Shown: in pieces, positions 54,375-57,206 of the stretch
Layout: each line of letters starts with the position of its first letter
Numbering within the stretch: position 1 is the first letter of the stretch
From: Candidatus Woesearchaeota archaeon
GTDB lineage: Archaea > Nanobdellota > Nanobdellia > Woesearchaeales > UBA10216
Length of the DNA: 57,206 nucleotides
Direction of reading: 5' to 3'
Assembly (NCBI GenBank): GCA_016180105.1
Contig: JACPBZ010000026.1
Coordinates: forward strand, 1-57,206
The notes under the pieces: model-generated
The model's input: only the letters and a program-made list of their open reading frames with translations
Databases searched by the model: none
Told to the model about the DNA's origin: nothing
Translations under genes and position numbers: made by a program

Positions 54375-55120
54375 AGATAGCGCTGATTGGCTATGGTAAG
54401 ATGGGAAAGGAAGTTGAAAGAGCTGCGAAAATGCGCGGCCACTCAGTCTGCGCCATTATTGACCCTTCAAATGCTGGTGCAACGCATAAGGATGTTGGTG
54501 ACGGAAGTTGCCTCAAGGATGCTGAAGTGGTTATTGATTTCACTGTTCCTGCTGCCGTTCTCGGCAACATAAAAAAAGTCTCGGCCGCGAAAAAGAACCT
54601 GGTCATTGGAACGACAGGATGGTACGATGGGATGACTGAGGCGAAGCAGCTTGTCGGCCAGGCTGGGACTGGGCTGATATACAGCTCGAATTTTTCAGTT
54701 GGGGTGAACGTTTTTTACAGGGTTGTGGAGGCGGCTGCACGGCTGGTTAACAAGGTTCCTGAATATGACGTGTTTGGCTATGAGCTTCATCACAACCAAA
54801 AGCTTGACAGTCCTTCCGGGACTGCGAAGAGCATTGCTGAGCTGCTTGTGAAGAACATCGGCAGGAAGAAGCAGGTGCAGTATGACAGGCTTGATAGGAG
54901 AATAAATTCGGATGAGATTCACTTTGCGAGTGTTCGCTCAGGCTGGATTCCAGGCACTCACGTCGTGGGTTTTGACAGCGAGGCTGACACGATTGAGCTG
55001 AAGCACACAGCCAGAAGCAGGTCTGGCTTTGCCCTGGGTGCCGTTATGGCGGCTGAGTGGCTTAAGGGAAGGAAGGGATTTTTCACGATGAATGATTTCA
55101 TAAGCGACTTTTTCAGGTGA
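54371..55120 (+). CDS. dapB: 4-hydroxy-tetrahydrodipicolinate reductase
   Basis: 249 aa with MKIALIGYGKMG and E(L)HHNQKLDSPSGTA. Confidence 0.88.
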   Translation: MKIALIGYGKMGKEVERAAKMRGHSVCAIIDPSNAGATHKDVGDGSCLKDAEVVIDFTVPAAVLGNIKKVSAAKKNLVIGTTGWYDGMTEAKQLVGQAGTGLIYSSNFSVGVNVFYRVVEAAARLVNKVPEYDVFGYELHHNQKLDSPSGTAKSIAELLVKNIGRKKQVQYDRLDRRINSDEIHFASVRSGWIPGTHVVGFDSEADTIELKHTARSRSGFALGAVMAAEWLKGRKGFFTMNDFISDFFR

Positions 55121-55195
55121 TTGTTGGCAAAAGCCATAAGCAGCAGCAATATTTTAATACTAGTGATAGCGGCTGTCGACGAAGAAGTGAGAAAA

Positions 55196-56266
55196 ATGCA
55201 AAAGCTGAAGGTTGGGGTTTTGGGCGCTACCGGGATGGTTGGCCAGCGCTTTGTGCAGCTTCTTGAAGGACATCCCTGGTTTGAGGTAGCCTATGTTGCC
55301 GCTTCAGAGGCTTCTGCCGGGAAAAGTTATGCTGCGGCCGTTGAGGGCAGGTGGCACAACGCAACAAAAATTCCAGAACTGGTTGGAAAGCTCATAGTAG
55401 GCAATGTTGCTGATGTTGATGCAGCATTGAAGTCCTGCAGCTTTGTCTTTTCAGCGCTTGAGACCGATGCTGCGAAAATTTTCGAGGAGAAGTATGCCGA
55501 AGCCGGGCTTCCGGTTGTTTCAAATGCTTCTGCCCATAGGCACACCCGGGATGTTCCAATGGTGATGCCTGAAATCAATCCTGAGCACCTTGACATAATA
55601 CCGCAGCAGCGTAAGAGCCGAGGCTGGAAAAAGGGCTTCATTGTCGTCAAGCCTAACTGCTCAATCCAGTCTTATATGGCTCCGCTTTTCGCATTGAGGA
55701 AATTTGGAATTAAGCAGGTTATCGTGACCACGATGCAGGCAATCAGTGGGGCTGGCCATCCTGGCGTTGCCTCCCTTGACATCATTGACAATGTTATTCC
55801 TCTCATAAAGGGCGAGGAGGAAAAGACAGAGACCGAGCCTTTGAAGATTTTCGGCAAGGTATCAGGCAGTGAGATAGTTTATGATGGCAGCATTAAAATC
55901 TCTGCCCACTGCAACCGTGTTCCCGTAATTGATGGCCATATGGCTTGCGTTTCTGTTTCGTTTGAAAAGAAGCCTTCAAGGCAGCAGGTGATGGATGCCT
56001 GGAAAAATTTCAAGGCTGCTCCCCAAGAGCTCAAGCTGCCTATGGCCCCTGCACAGCCCATTATTTACACTGATGACGCTGCCAGGCCGCAGACAAGGCT
56101 TGACCGCGATAATGACAAGGGTATGGCAACTACCGTGGGCCGCCTGAGGGACTGCAATGTCCTTGACTACCGGTTCGTGGGCTTGTCTCATAACATTATT
56201 CGCGGTGCTGCTGGCGGCGCCATACTCACGGCAGAGCTTCTGAAGGCGAAGGGGATGCTTCAGTGA
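55196..56266 (+). CDS. asd: Aspartate-semialdehyde dehydrogenase
   Basis: The start is taken at MQKLKVGVLGATGMVGQRF. The product has the active-site NCSI and a C-terminal RGAAGGA. Confidence 0.88.
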   Translation: MQKLKVGVLGATGMVGQRFVQLLEGHPWFEVAYVAASEASAGKSYAAAVEGRWHNATKIPELVGKLIVGNVADVDAALKSCSFVFSALETDAAKIFEEKYAEAGLPVVSNASAHRHTRDVPMVMPEINPEHLDIIPQQRKSRGWKKGFIVVKPNCSIQSYMAPLFALRKFGIKQVIVTTMQAISGAGHPGVASLDIIDNVIPLIKGEEEKTETEPLKIFGKVSGSEIVYDGSIKISAHCNRVPVIDGHMACVSVSFEKKPSRQQVMDAWKNFKAAPQELKLPMAPAQPIIYTDDAARPQTRLDRDNDKGMATTVGRLRDCNVLDYRFVGLSHNIIRGAAGGAILTAELLKAKGMLQ

Positions 56267-56272
56267 GCCTTG

Positions 56273-57206
56273 ATGCAAATCCCGCCTTACCTGTTTGCCG
56301 AGATTAGCAAGAAGATTGAGGTCGCGAAAAAGTCTGGCGTTGACGTCATTAGCCTGGGCATTGGCGACCCTGACCTTCCAACGCCAAGGCACGTAATCGA
56401 GGAGCTTGGGCGCGCAGCCAATGACCCGAAGAACCACCAGTATCCTGATTATGAGGGCCTTTTGTCATTCAGGGAAGCTGTGGCTTCCTGGTATAAGAGG
56501 AGGCATAATGTCAGCCTTGACCCGGTCAGCGAGGTTCTGACGCTGATTGGCTCGAAGGAGGGCAGCCTGCATCTTTCCCTTGCGTTCATTGACCCTGGCG
56601 ATTGCGCCCTTGTCCCAAATCCGTGTTATACGCCTTACAGGACTGGCACTATCTTGGCAAATGGCCGGGTGTGTGACCTTCCGCTTCTTGAGGCGAACAA
56701 TTTCCTGCCGGACCTTAATCATTTTTCGAAATGCTCGTCGTGCATTCACAAGAAGCCAAAAGTTCTTTACCTGAGCTATCCAAATAATCCTACGAGCGCG
56801 GTTGCCAGCAGGGATTTCTACAAGGAAGTGGTTGACTTTGCGAAGGACAAGGGCGTGATTGTTTGCTCGGATAATCCTTACAGTGAGATTGCATTTGATG
56901 GCTACAAGCCCCTGAGCTTCCTTGAGGTTCCCGGTGCAAAGGATGTTGGCGTGGAGTTTAATTCGCTTTCAAAGCCTTATAACATGACTGGCTGGAGGGT
57001 TGGAATGGCGGTCGGGAATTCCGAGCTTGTCTCTGCAATGGCTACTGTTAAGAACAATGTTGATTCCGGGGTTTTCAACGCAGTCCAGTATGCGGGTATT
57101 GCAGCGCTTAACACTCCTGATTCGCACATAGATAACCTTAACAGGATTTACCAGAAGAGGCGGGACCTTGTTTTTGAGACTCTGACCTCTGTGGGAATCC
57201 GCGTGA
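56273..57206 (+). CDS. dapL: LL-diaminopimelate aminotransferase (class I/II aminotransferase), 3' partial
   Basis: Own translation; the ORF has no stop in the window. Sequence: MQIPPYLFAEISKKIEVAKKSGVDVISLGIGDPD...YPNNPT...NSLSKPYNMTGWRVG. It completes the DAP operon. Confidence 0.75.
   Translation, partial: MQIPPYLFAEISKKIEVAKKSGVDVISLGIGDPDLPTPRHVIEELGRAANDPKNHQYPDYEGLLSFREAVASWYKRRHNVSLDPVSEVLTLIGSKEGSLHLSLAFIDPGDCALVPNPCYTPYRTGTILANGRVCDLPLLEANNFLPDLNHFSKCSSCIHKKPKVLYLSYPNNPTSAVASRDFYKEVVDFAKDKGVIVCSDNPYSEIAFDGYKPLSFLEVPGAKDVGVEFNSLSKPYNMTGWRVGMAVGNSELVSAMATVKNNVDSGVFNAVQYAGIAALNTPDSHIDNLNRIYQKRRDLVFETLTSVGIRV

Overview
This window is an archaeal chromosome segment. Evidence for that: a split rpoB, archaeal exosome, proteasome and KEOPS genes, TTTAAAT-type TATA boxes about 25-30 nt upstream of many starts, and tRNAs with archaeal identity pairs. 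It probably comes from a small-genome (DPANN-like or euryarchaeal) lineage.

Core content, in order:
- AlaX, a DUF1385 protein, L15e, PGI/PMI and Rad50.
- tRNA-Pro, tRNA-Tyr, tRNA-Asp and tRNA-Lys.
- The rpoH-rpoB''-rpoB'-rpoA'-rpoA''-L30e-NusA-S12 operon.
- Three large surface proteins and an Lhr helicase / Zn-ribbon / MPE cluster.
- Proteasome alpha, SBDS, Rrp4, Rrp41, Rrp42 and RpoK, then Bud32.
- Two divergent Cys-rich secreted proteins, tRNA-Gln and CcdA.
- MetRS, ZPR1, MtnN and a truncated Apt.
- A lysine (DAP) cluster: lysC-dapA-dapB-asd-dapL.

Main points of interest:
1. A visibly AT-richer island (about 29.1-33.3 kb) holds three cassettes punctuated by same-orientation repeats. It contains an unusual four-gene operon (wHTH-nucleotidyltransferase, HEPN, a 42-aa Cys-rich peptide, a short WYL protein), an AbiEi/AbiEii pair and a secreted protein. 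No integrase is present in the window.
2. A second MNT-HEPN pair and a decayed DHFR-like gene abut tRNA-Gln.
3. Four of the five tRNAs carry an intron at the same non-canonical T-loop position (about 59/60). tRNA-Tyr has a canonical intron as well. An orphan copy of the tRNA-Asp 3' exon lies 41 bp downstream of that gene.
4. Five genes, including the essential rpoA' and metG, have interrupted reading frames. Four of the breaks sit at 3-nt homopolymers, and some genes also seem to lack conserved segments. This is either a data-quality problem or unusual biology.
5. A hairpin-dense non-coding element of about 200 nt and a perfect 45-bp tandem repeat flank tRNA-Pro.

All domain assignments rest on motif recognition by eye. 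No database search was run.
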